DNA of 63,523 nt, filler included, from Choristocarpus tenellus KU-1152 (Eukaryota > Protista > Phaeophyceae): NCBI GenBank assembly GCA_964200185.2. It is 11 parts of 11 records of this genome, joined end to end, with 100 filler letters (N's around TTAATTAATTAA, not from the genome) between each part and the next. Parts side by side here need not be neighbours in the genome. Positions count along the whole stretch, not along the records: positions 48,523 to 51,258 come from CAXNAD020025193.1; positions 51,359 to 56,088 come from CAXNAD020013304.1; positions 56,189 to 60,396 come from CAXNAD020015690.1; positions 60,497 to 63,523 come from CAXNAD020022841.1; 7 more parts are not named here. One strand, given 5' to 3'. A program made the position numbers and the translations under genes. The notes under the pieces are model-generated. The model did no database searches and was not told the DNA's origin. It saw only the letters and a list, made by a program, of their open reading frames with translations. Below are positions 50,791 to 62,527 of this stretch, piece after piece (the first letter of the stretch is position 1; every line of letters starts with the position of its first letter).

Positions 50791-51211
50791 ACATTGGAAA
50801 CATACAAGATCAATGAAGTATGTGCTTTGTATTTTAAACAATTTGTAAGTACGGATATAATCAGATTTACAAATTCATAAAAACGTAATACACGGATTTT
50901 CAGGATCATGGATCTCAGGGTGGTCCCACGCATAGCCCAGTGCTCAAACAAAGTTGATTTCGGCACATTGGAAACGTACAATATCAATTAAGTATGTGCT
51001 TTGTATTAAAAAAAAATTGTAAGTACGGATATAATCAGATTTACAACTTCATATAAAAACGTAATACATGGATTTTCAGGATCATGGATCTCAGGGTGGT
51101 CCCACGGATAGCCCAGTGCTCAAACAAAGTTCGTTTTGGAACATTGGAAACATACAAGATCAATTAAGTATGTGCTTTGTATTTAAAAAAAAATGGAAGT
51201 ACGGATATAAT
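50791..51211. repeat. ~175-bp tandem repeat, ~2.4 copies
   Basis: ACATTGGAAAC.TACAA.ATCAAT.AAGTATGTGCTTTGTATT starts at 50791, 50965 and 51141. Confidence 0.9.
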
Positions 51212-51441
51212 CTCTCCAGTTTGAAGAGAGGCGGTAGGACCTCCATGTTACAGGCATCNNNNNNNNNNNNNNNNNNNNNNNNNNNNNNNNNNNNNNNNNN
51301 NNTTAATTAATTAANNNNNNNNNNNNNNNNNNNNNNNNNNNNNNNNNNNNNNNNNNNNGATTTCAGTGGATGGTCAAGTGGGGAATGGGAGGATTATAGC
51401 TGCACAATTATAGAATCTCACGCACTCTCGCCTGTAATTAT

Positions 51442-51622
51442 GACACAAAGTATCTGTGGGGGGGGGGATGTCTACACCAGGGTGTCCATTTGGACCAAAA
51501 CCAGAAAAGGTGCGCTTACATTATCCATCCGACGTTATGCAACCAAATCATCCCAAAAATCGTGACATGAAAAAATTGACCCCAAATTGACAGCCACCAC
51601 ACCCCCCCAGATACTTTGAACC
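51442..51622 (+). mobile_element. MITE family A, full length, flanked by TAT/TAT
   Basis: GACACAAAGTATCTG...CAGATACTTTGAACC. Family-A ends also occur at contig edges 31792-31811, 38929-38952, 42684-42710 and 56189-56260. Confidence 0.8.
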
Positions 51623-53929
51623 TATTCTCATAATCAAAACTATTATTAATATTATCATTATGGTCAAGCATTTGACCGCACTCATATATGAGGTCACCCA
51701 ACCGACCCCCTGATGGAGCTCAGTACTGGAATTTAATTAAAAAAGGACAGATAAAGTGAAAATGGGAAGTCGTGACAATTCCGGGAGGTGGCACCTCATG
51801 TTGCTTCTCAACTGGCGGGAGGAGGGGGGGGAGGGGGGGTGCTCTGGAGAGCCTTGTATCCTTCCATTGTTTTGTTGATGATATAATGCAATGATCTTCA
51901 AGTGCCACGGTGAACTAAGGCAAAAATTGAGGTGCTAACACATTGAACCGGCACTTCTTGCTGCTTCCACATTGTCTGACTTGGGTCAACTTGAAAAACA
52001 GTACTGATATCCTAGACAGGGTCATTTGAATGACAGGTTGTTATCATAGTGGGCAAAGGGCTAGCCAGAAGTTTGCAGAAGGGTAGATGGCGTGTTGGAA
52101 TCCTCAACAAAATGCTCACCCCTGATAAGGGACATCATGATTGGCTTGGGCACATTAACAACTTGACTTCGATGTGAGTCAAAAGTAAACGATAGATATG
52201 TAGAGTTTCATTTTTTCAGGGATGATGACAAGTTTTTTTTGTTTTAAATTGGCTCCTTTATACAAAATGTATGTGAAGGAGACATTTTCTGAAATTGTGT
52301 TCGAAATTTTTCAAATGATACGGAGATAAACGCTCTCAAGTCAAAACTTAGAACTTCATCCATAGAAATGTATGGGTGAATCGCAAGGGATTGAAAAACA
52401 TACTCAATATTGCAAAACGGCCAAGACCTGGGTACCTCTCAATTACTCTGACTCTGTATTTTTATTTATCTCTTGCGTCCAATATTAGAATATATATATA
52501 TATATATCATAGCAACACAATCCTAGGAACACACAAGTTTTTCATGCTTTGATAAGTTCCCAGAAAATTTCGATTCAAACAGTACACTATGAAGATATCA
52601 ACAATTGATCTTCAATCCCACTTGCGCACTGCTGAGACTATCAACACCCACCTCAACTAAGAGAGGCTACCGTGGGATCTTGTATGTACGATCTGCTTAC
52701 CCTACCGACTGCTCCTCAGTAGACATTGTTCGATTAGACTCTTCCAACTCTATCGGACAGTTACAATAAAATATGTATGGAGTAAAGGAACAATCAATTA
52801 GTGGTTGAGTTATCAGAACCTTTTACTAGTGATTAGTTGTATGAGAATTTTTCTCATATAAAAGGAAATATTTCTGATTTTTTTAGGGTATTGCATGCCC
52901 CACTTAACTTTAATCAATCACTCTACAGACACCAAGCAATCTCGCTGGGTTTATCACCTTTATCCTCTTTGAATAATTTGGGGGATACTTTAACAGACTT
53001 CTCTTTAGCCAACGCTCCTGGGCCAGCTAAAGAACTACTGTAGGAAGAACAAAACTATCCCCTTGTCCTGTTCCAGTCCAATCAATAACATGACCCTAAC
53101 CCTAATCAATAACAATGAACATGAAATTCATATCAATATATATATATATATATTTATTTTGAATTGATATTTTTAGTCAAAGTAAAAAGAGGGTTACCCA
53201 GTGTTGTATTGTAAGAAATGTGCGAAATGCACATATCGTGCAAATACGTATGGAGAACGTTTTTTAATTCTGTAGAAATATTTTCAAAGACAATACAGAA
53301 ATCAATGATCTCAAGAAAATCATACCGCTTCATTCATAGCAGTAATGGGTGAATTGCAAAAGATGAAAAAAGTAGGCTTAAAAAAACCCCTTAGGGTTAG
53401 GGTTCCTCTTTTTTTCTTTGGCTCTTTTCAATATTGAGAGTGATACCTGGGCTTGACTGATGCCAATAGTTGGAGGTTTGATGGAAGAAGAGTCCACAGC
53501 TTCAGGATTGGCTTCTTTCTTCATCAACTCATCTCTCTCCAACATCAAGTCCTTGATTGAGTGAGGAGGCACAACAATAGTGTTTTTTCGCCAGGGAGAT
53601 CATGTCGGAAAATTGTGTCTCAGACAGAACTTTGCTGTTGTGTGGTGAGTGGCTCTGTAAACGTTTAATAATTTCACTACTAGGCAGAGTGCATTCTTGT
53701 GTATGGGCTTATGAATTTGTGCCACATGGAAATGAAGTCCCTCCCCTCTACTGGATAGCACCAATCAGTCATCAAAGCTTGACAATGACAAATGCAGTAA
53801 AGCAAGACACTTATAGGCAATGGGGGAAGGGGATGAGCTACTACTGAGCTACCACTGAGATACCACTGAGCATTGTGTTTTTTTTCAAGGTACAGTGTGT
53901 ATCCCTATGACTGCTGCTCTTTTCCCCCT

Positions 53930-55860
53930 TACATGCAGGTTATGAAGAAACCATTTGTTCAAGTCATGCAAGAAAGTTCAACCGATATAGCTCGTCCAGT
54001 AGTGCAATCTATTTCCTCACCAGAGATGAGAACTTCCCTGAGAAATTGTGTGACATGTCCTTTGGGCTACTGCTATGTTCACCACATATATATGTACTCT
54101 GGCAGCATCTTCCCGAAGACATTTATCATCTACAACAAGGACTGATATGAAGAATAGATATCCACCCCGTAGAATTCGGTCAGAGGGTATAGATAGCCTG
54201 GTTGCTTGTCATACCTCCAGAAGAGGTAGAGTGCCACTGAGCGCCTGTTTTAGGATATCGCGGTCCTTACTCACATCCATGGCCTTACAAGAAGCAGTAG
54301 TGACCGATGATTGACATATAGGGAGAACAGAAATTGACATGCATAGGAAATGGAACCATGAGTGGTGGGTGTTTAGGGGTGTGTGTGAGTAGGAATGACA
54401 TGTCCACCATGTTGTTAAACCATTGACTGAAAGTATCATAGGGGGTAGGAGTTTTGCCCTGTTTGCCCGTTTGAGGCTTGACTTCCCATGGGTTTTTAAT
54501 GACATTTTGCTACTCCGAAACATTTCGGAGTAGGTAAAATGTATACATTATGAATAGGAGTGTCCGGAATAATGATATTGGCACTTCCTAACATACATGA
54601 TAGCCAAAATTTCATCAAAATCGCAACACTGGATTTTGGTCCCCAAACGGACACGGCTCTACCCTCTAAGATACTTTGACTCATTGCATCACCACATATA
54701 CATTATTAGGATTGGAGGGTATGATATACAATCTAATACAGAGAGGTCTTGTGTATTGATTTGTTAAACAGCTTCCCATCAACCATATGTCAAACAGGAC
54801 ACTGCACTTTAGATTGATGTTGCCAAGAGACAAAAGAACAAGTTTCTTGAGGAAGACCTGCTGCATCGTCCCAAATAATTAGATACATCCTTGGGGAGCA
54901 GTACATATCTCATGCCTCTCGATGCCTTTCCATAACCTAGTGCATTTCTAAGAGCAATTCCCCTCTCTAGCACACTCCTTAGAAGCACATATATAGTATG
55001 AACTCTGGCATAAACAGAACGAGTATACTCACATCACTTGCAGCAGCAGCAAAAGCTTCGTTTCTGCTCTTGATGTCCTCCTGCAGTTTGTCCACAAACT
55101 CCATGCAATCCTTGTCGAAGCAACGGTGCACAAGAAAGGAGATGGTGGATGTGCTGTCTGATTTTGTGTGCATCAAGCACACAACAAATTCTGTTGTGTC
55201 AGTTTTTGTGGATAAAACCTGACTGCTCCCACCACCTTACTCTCATCACCAATTGCTATGGAAGTGTGGAAAGGAGAGGGAAGCGGACAGCTGCAGCACA
55301 GGAGGCAGGTTCCAATAATCAGTACGTATTCCAAAGGAGTTTTATTGCATCTGCCGTTTCGTGGTTCAACTTCAATTTCCCGTAGAAAAACGGAGGAATG
55401 TCATCTCTACAAGTACTCTATGTCTTCTCTATTGCAGCCAGGTACATGGGATTCAAAGTCCAACCTTTCCTCAACCTGCACATTCGCCATGCTAAGTAGA
55501 TGTCTCAGATGTTGTGACCACTTCTCCTATTCACTACTACCACCACAATGGTCTGAGTGTGTGTTCTCTCGTGGCATTGGTCATTCTTCGGTCAGTGTTT
55601 CCTCAGGAATGTGCATTCACCCACAACTCATGCTCGCTATAGAAGAGACAATATGGGAGAATGCCGTGTGGGATTGTGAGGACTGTGATGCCCTACCTTC
55701 CCAAACTCTTGCCAACCGATCAGCTCCTCCTTGACAGTGTCCCGCTCTCTTGTCAACATGATGATCTAGTGGTCCACAGTATTGATCAGGGGTGGGGAGA
55801 ACAGAGAGAGAGTCAAGAACACACATTCGAGTTGAACAAGGAGGTAGAGCCCCGTTGGTT
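53930..55860 (-). mobile_element. Degenerate hAT-like transposase remnant interrupted by a family-B MITE
   Basis: Decayed motifs in hAT order on the minus strand: TVDH* (TxDxW, ~55775), DAIKLLWNTY (DxxTRWNS-like, ~55335) and a C-terminal EQMV.FLHN (dimerisation-domain end, ~53950). Confidence 0.45.
54425..54682 (-). mobile_element. MITE family B copy, reverse orientation
   Basis: GACTGAAAGTATCATAGGGGG...CCCTCTAAGATACTTTGACTC; reverse complement of the 12141-12400 internal sequence; flanked by ATT/ATT. Confidence 0.82.
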
Positions 55861-55987
55861 CTACCTTAGGTTATGAACCTCTCGTTTTAGGCATTGCATT
55901 GCTGCACACATTGGGTTGGGATGTAAAGTAGAGGACCCAGGTTCAGATTGGAAGCTCTTGGAGAGAGTTCGGGGTAAAAAACGGACG

Positions 55988-56028
<41 letters not shown>

Positions 56029-56360
56029 ACCCGGCGAAAAAAGGAAAAAAAAAAAAAAAAAAAAATTTAGGAGGGGGGGGGGGGGGGGNNNNNNNNNNNN
56101 NNNNNNNNNNNNNNNNNNNNNNNNNNNNNNNNTTAATTAATTAANNNNNNNNNNNNNNNNNNNNNNNNNNNNNNNNNNNNNNNNNNNNACCCAAAAATCG
56201 CGACATAAAAAAATTGACCCCAAATGGACAGCCGCCACCCCATCCCAGATACTTTGAGCCACCACAGCAATGTGTTTTTACTTATATTTAAAATCCATGA
56301 CCACATACACACATGATTTATTCATCCACACCTCCCTTCCACCACCAACATATTCATTAG

Positions 56361-57134
56361 AATGTGATACCTCAAGTAACCAAAACCCCTCCCTCTCCTG
56401 GAGACAGGGGTGTCGCTTTCCTGAGTTTCCATGAGCCTGTAGTCAAACGTGAGAGTATAGACTCCTGTGCAGGCACAGCAGATACAGCGCTGGCTGCTCT
56501 TTCGCTCTCAGAGCGGGCAAGTGAGGACTTGCCCTCCAGTGAGACCGGAGTAGGTGATGGTGGAGATAGGGTCAACATAGATTATGATCTAAAGGGGAAC
56601 CAAAAGGAAGAAGATGCGGTGGTCCTGTGGAATGAGGAAGGTACTGGGGATGCCAAAGAGTGCATTTCTGAGGAACTGGGCTTGGGACAGGCATCAGCAT
56701 ATCCTAGAAATGGGGCCGCTGTTAGACCAGCTGCTGTCCAAGCAGCAATTAGTGGGAAGACTGACCAGGGAGACTCTGGCCGGAAAAAGGAAGCAGAGTC
56801 GATTGAGGGCAGGGATTCTGTAATTGTGAGGTGCCCAGCAGGTGGAAACATACCTCTTGCAATTGCAGGCAGTGAAATAGAAAGCGTTAGACCATTCAGC
56901 TTGACAGATGATTCATGTGCAAGTGGGGGTGTATTTTCCTCTAAGGACAGTGTGAGGAAAGGAAGTGGACCAGCACAAGGTGAAGGCAGTGGAGAAAAAA
57001 ATCAAGGACGTCGAAAACAAGCACAAAAAGAGAGGCAACAGGGAGAACGGCAAGAGGGGGCTAGAAGAGGATCGGCTGGCAGCCTCTACCTGGAGGCGCT
57101 GGATATCCCTTCAGATGAAGAGCTCCTGAGCTGA
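56361..57134 (+). CDS. Probable terminal exon of an unknown gene (disordered; ends LYLEALDIPSDEELLS*)
   Basis: Acceptor CATTAG at 56360 and ~257 open codons with Gly/Ser/Glu-rich composition. No recognisable domain. Confidence 0.5.
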   Translation, partial: NVIPQVTKTPPSPGDRGVAFLSFHEPVVKRESIDSCAGTADTALAALSLSERASEDLPSSETGVGDGGDRVNIDYDLKGNQKEEDAVVLWNEEGTGDAKECISEELGLGQASAYPRNGAAVRPAAVQAAISGKTDQGDSGRKKEAESIEGRDSVIVRCPAGGNIPLAIAGSEIESVRPFSLTDDSCASGGVFSSKDSVRKGSGPAQGEGSGEKNQGRRKQAQKERQQGERQEGARRGSAGSLYLEALDIPSDEELLS

Positions 57135-60100
57135 TTGTTGGGTTGCGATTATTTATTGAGTCATCTGTATAGTTGAGATGCATATGTAGTTGCTACATGT
57201 TATTACAGTACACAGTTAGATATCATTGCTTGGTACTGTCTTTCCACCAGCTAACAATCAGACAGCCTGATGAACTGTGGCAGGCATGTCTCACACTGGT
57301 TGCAGTAGGTCATTGCGTTCTGTTAGTATTAAGAAGTTTGACGAAAATCCGAGCTACATGCAAACCAAGTTAAGGGGGAAGAGGAAATCTAGAAAGAGAG
57401 ACAACTTCCTTGTCTTGAATAAGATACGGATTAAACCAATATCGCTGGGTGAGATCTTTCCCAGTAGTGTACATATCGTTGTTCCAACTGAACCACAACA
57501 GTAAGAGCAAGGAGAACAGGGCATAACTATTAATTGTTGTTTTAGCAAACTTCATGACTGTGAGTCAATGTGAAAGATTTAGAAGCAAGAAAAGGTGGAT
57601 ATTTGCTCCGGCTACTATCTTTTGAGTCACCAAGTACTCCCGGATGCACTAATAATATTGAGCACTGCATGCAGAAGACATCCACAGTGATTGAAAGAAT
57701 TACGGGAGGCCTTTGCCATTGGGAGAGGGGGGTTCATCATGCATGGTCAATAGTTGAATACCTCCTTGAAGAATCAATGTTATGGTTTAGTAGTGATAGA
57801 GCTTCTGTAGTATCATGATTAAGCAGTGTTGAGAGTGTATCTCTTCCACATTAACAACCACGGTAAGAGCATCTGTAAAAAATGTGGGTAAGAAAAGATC
57901 AATTGCTTATCCATTGCCAAGTGTGTCTCTGAGTCCTCTTAAGCACAGCCTACCCAGCATTATTTGAGTCTTCTCCAATGTTAGTACCATGTCTCAATTT
58001 GCCCAATCTCCTCCAGAGCTAAATACAGCTTGTGCATATGTTTGTTGTTATTTTATGCAACCTGATCTTGTAAATATATGATGTATAACTTTCATGCTCT
58101 CACTCTTGCATTTCTACCTACAGTGTGGTTGATTTTCATTCGATTTTATGCTCCGAAATACTTGGAAGTAGAATGTTTTGCTTCCTTCGCTAAACCTTGC
58201 AGATAACTCTCCTTCTGCTCAGATTACGACGAATATTACCCTAAATCTACATATGATGTACATTGTACAACCAAAGACAACCGAGGGCACTATTAGTATA
58301 TTGGTGCTAATAATGCGTTGCACTCGAAATTAATCTACAACATCAAAAATGCCTAAATGAAATCAAGGGGATAGTTAGTGTGGTATACGATGAAAGCGTA
58401 TTAACTTACGTGGCGTTCGTGTTCCTTGATGCCATGATATTACCGGACACAATGTGAAGAATCTTCTACCTACATACTGACCATCTTATATCGAAATGAT
58501 GCCATTAGTAGTGAGAACGGAAGTATGAGTGAGAACGGAAGTGTGTGAAAGAGTAGTGAGGATGACTGCCACAAAAAAACATAAATTCATACATGTTCTG
58601 TTACAGGCGAATAGCACGAGCATCTCTTTCTGTGTGCCAAAATGCGCTAACAGTATACATACGTAAGAATGCATATAAGAGGAACTTGGGATTGATAGAA
58701 GATGCAGAGTAAGATTCGAAATGCATGCATAACCTTAAAAAATAGATGCCAATTCCTGAAAGTTACAGAATAAAGATTTATGATTGGAGTATTTACACGT
58801 CAGTTTGCAGTCGTCATTTAACTCTTTGGCAGTATAAAAATGGTGAATGATGTTAATAAAAGGCTGAGTTGTTGACCACACACTCAGTTCTTTGATCCTT
58901 ACCCTTTTTTGATAAAACGAAAAGCGAGACATTGACTGAGCTAAGCATCAACTGACACCATACGTGGTCATCATCTGTGAACCTCCGCATAGCGCCGTTT
59001 TAAGGTCGTTGGATTTGAGTTGCTGTGCAGGTGAATTCTGGTGGGCACGCTGTAACAGTTCCAGAGTAAATAATATTGCTGAGTGAACAATGCGCACAAT
59101 GTTGTCCTCGCAAATTGAACTCTTCTCTGTAAGACACATAATGCCCAAGCTTTAAAACCAGGAAGCAGAAGGTATAGCTTGCAGAAATTCGAGTATGATA
59201 CTGAACAAAGTGCTCTCTGTCTGCACTCCTTGTAGGTAGGTGTAGGTCTACATGAAGTACTGCCTTCATTGACAAAAACAAATGACATCCTTTTGATCTA
59301 ATACGGTCAACATGTCATGTGTAGCTAGATTCACCTTCACATTGTCTCTAGTATTAAGCAGGCTATTCAGGTACATACATATGAACGCCCTGTAAGTTCA
59401 GTCAGTCAGTGGTGAACAACGGTGTTTCCTCATTATTGGAATTTACATTTTCAAGCTCGATAAACGCAGGACTTATTTTCCTCGAAATCTGGTGTTGAGT
59501 ATCTGTGGCAAGCACTACCCATTTGAATAATATACTGTACATAGAAGAAAAGTTGCACCCAATTATGTCCCCCTCTTCCTATCTAACTTTTTTTCAAAAC
59601 AAGTACAGCTTAATTTTAACTACTAAGAAGGGAAACATAGAAATTAATGGATGCAGATCTTCTTTTTTGGAAGTTTTTGGAAAATGGGTCCGAGTTCTTT
59701 TCTTACACTTGAATGTCGTTCTGTTCGATCATCGTATTCTTGCTTTGATTCCAAAATGTAACAACAGTTCACTAAACCCTTCTTTTGTCGAATTAGTGTT
59801 TTGATAACTGAAGGCTAAATGTAAAAAAAAAGATGCAGCTAATATTTGAAAATATCTGTGAATCAATGTTACTGCTACTACGTTCGAGGTCCTAAAAATT
59901 AAGTGTTGGATCACGATTCTGATCATCATATGGTCCGACTGATTAATTTGAGAGGAAGAGATCGATATGTTGGGCTATTTGGGGTGTACATACTATCGGT
60001 TGGGATAGATCCAACACTAGAATAAAACAATAATGAGAAATACCAAATCGCCCCTTAATTCAAAGGTACTTTGTTTAGAAGAACAATAACTTACACTTTG

Positions 60101-60197
60101 TTTTGCTCACGAATTCTGGATTAAAATTATTATTATTCTATGTTTCCATTCCTCCCTATTCCCTTTTCTCCCCACGTTCTAACAACCCTTGTGACCT

Positions 60198-60396
60198 CTT
60201 CGCCACTGATTTCCAGTCACCGTCCACCTCTGATGACCAACCAGGACGAACCCCCTTCGCCACTGATTTCCAGTCACTCCCTACATCTGATGACCAACTA
60301 GGGCGAACCCCCCTTCACCCCTGATTTCCAGTCACTCCCTACATCTGATGACCAACCAGGGCGAACTCCCCTTCACCCCTGATTTTCAGTCACCCC
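60198..60396. repeat. 57-58-bp minisatellite, at least 3.3 copies, running into the contig end
   Basis: CTGATTT(C/T)CAGTCAC...CTGATGACCAAC.AGG.CGAAC units start at 60206, 60263, 60321 and 60379. Confidence 0.92.
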
Positions 60397-60773
60397 NNNN
60401 NNNNNNNNNNNNNNNNNNNNNNNNNNNNNNNNNNNNNNNNTTAATTAATTAANNNNNNNNNNNNNNNNNNNNNNNNNNNNNNNNNNNNNNNNNNNNGAGT
60501 GGTGGTGGAGTGGGTTGTGGTGTGGCGGGGTGTTGGGGAGGGGAGTGGGTGGTGTGTGGGGGGGGGGGGGGGGGGGGGGGGGTGAGCGATCTGAATATTA
60601 TCATCAGGGAGGTTAGTTTTTATGTGCTCATGCCTTGGAGAAGTGGGATAGAGATGGGGAAGCAATGCAATGCGCCCACCCAATAGCAGATGCTTCTGCC
60701 AATATTTTAATTGAAAAACCAGACGGGGCGCTTTCATTGAAGCATTGCTGCCCTCCACCTCCCCTCCCTCCAG

Positions 60774-62527
60774 GTTCCGGTGGATGCTCGACCAAAGTTC
60801 CTGGGACGCGTTCAAGCTTGTGTCGGAGCTGGGTTTGTTTTGGGACCTGTGATTTTGACCATCCTGCGCAAGGCTTTCAATCTTAATACCAGAGAATCCT
60901 TTTTGGTTGCCATGCTCTTCCCATTCTTTTCTTTAATTACTATCATTACACAGTTGAAGGAGACTAAGAGGGGACCAATCGGGATTTCACAGATGTGGCG
61001 TCAACCGGGGGGTGGGGAGGCTAGGGCCAAGTGGGAGGAGGGTGATGATAGTGACAGTGGGGGAGTGAAGGCTGTGCATAATGTGGAGGGGGATGGGCAA
61101 GACGTGAGGGGGTGGGGGAATGGAGAGGTGGTGGTGAGGGAGACAATTCCCAGGTCGGTGATGATGCTGGTGGGCAATGGGTTCCTGTTGATGTATGCCT
61201 TTTCGATCGAGACAATCTACGCAATGTTCCTCAAGGTGTGTATTTGATTAGATGTTGCGCTTGTGTGTGTGTTTGGTTGTCTGAATGTAGAAGATGAGAA
61301 AAGTATGGTGGCATGTTGTGCACTCTTAACTCCATTGATACGTGGCTTGCCAGCTGTTGTGATGGTACCCTTTGGCATCACAGCACAGCACTTTGGTCAT
61401 GATTGGTCTGCTTGTAATGCTTCTAGAGCCATGTTGGAAACCGCCTCTGATTTGCGTGACCCCTCCCTCCCTGTTGGTGACCAATAGACCGTTGAGTTGC
61501 TATGCTTTCATGTGTGTGTGTTTTTTTTTATATTGTATTGTTAAGCAAGTGAAATGCGTGTATTTAAACCATTAATAGCAGGTGACCACTTCCCCTTCTG
61601 TACAAACCAGACCCAGACGTTTTTTTCTTACCCCTCATAGGCTATTGGTGTCAGTCCAACCAGTAAGACAGATAGAATTTGGCGCCCTACCTCTGTTAGG
61701 TTGGTGTCAAAGGGCTTGATAAGATTGACAGGACCTGATCAGGGGATCTGGGGGTTGTAGAGACCACTGGATGTTTTATTTTTTGTAAATGATCCGCAAA
61801 GTGTACACAACCATGACATGCAGTGGGTCAAATATGCTGTTGCTTTGCAATACAAGGCTGCGTGAAGACTTGAGGGTAAATTACACCTGTGGTCCAGTGT
61901 GCCATGGGTTGTGTAGTGCTGGCAATTTGAGTTGTTATCTTAGCTGTTTCAGGATATTTGACAGACCCATCATTCCCCCCCCCCTGCCTTTGCCTCCAAA
62001 ACCCCTGCTCACATGGCTCCTTTTCCTCCTGTACTCTTTTGCTTCGTTGATTGCTTACCAAAGGAATTATGATGTTAATCAAGTGTTTCTTCACTTGATA
62101 ACTAAAACTGACCCTGCTCAGTGTTGAGTAGGTTGTCCTGAATGTTCTAAATGTACACATGAGTAATGGATTTTAAAGATGAGCCATACACTTTCAAAAT
62201 TTTTGTAGATGTTCTCTTGACCCATGACTACCCTTCCCTACCCCCACCCACCTGCCCCACATTTAACCTCCATCTCATATACTACGGGATCGTTTCAAAC
62301 TGCAACACACATACATACATCATCAGGATAACTTTGGCTATGGGGAATCAGTACTGAGCATGGTTTTTGCTCTTAACGGTGTGGCTGTGGGTTTCCTCCA
62401 GCTAGTGGGGATGAAGCACATTGTGGAGCTACTGGGCAAACACATGATGCTCGTAATTGGGAACTTGCTGCTGGCCTTGGGTATGGTTGGCATTGCATTA
62501 TCCAGGATGCCAGGGTTGCACTTTGTG
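60774..62527 (+). CDS. Major facilitator superfamily transporter (DHA1/TetA/MFSD10-like), two internal exons
   Basis: Exon 60774-61235 (ARPKFLGRVQACVGAGFVLGP, antiporter motif C region; LKET loop entry; FSIETIYAMFLK, donor GTGTGT). Exon 62327-62527 (DNFGYGESVLSMVFALNGVAVGFLQLVGMKHIVELLGKHMMLVIG...HFV, donor GTGAGA). Confidence 0.85.

Noticed and set aside
55916-56140. Poly-Pro/poly-Lys ORF (also 42393-42635 and 60441-60815)
   Set aside because: These are translations of homopolymer runs at low-quality contig ends that run into Ns.
57270-57760. Possible copia RNase H remnant
   Set aside because: Faint resemblance only; no motif is readable without several assumed frameshifts.
58100-60100. 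AT-rich region with short ORFs; considered viral, Helitron or Ulp1-protease remnant
   Set aside because: No diagnostic motif found.
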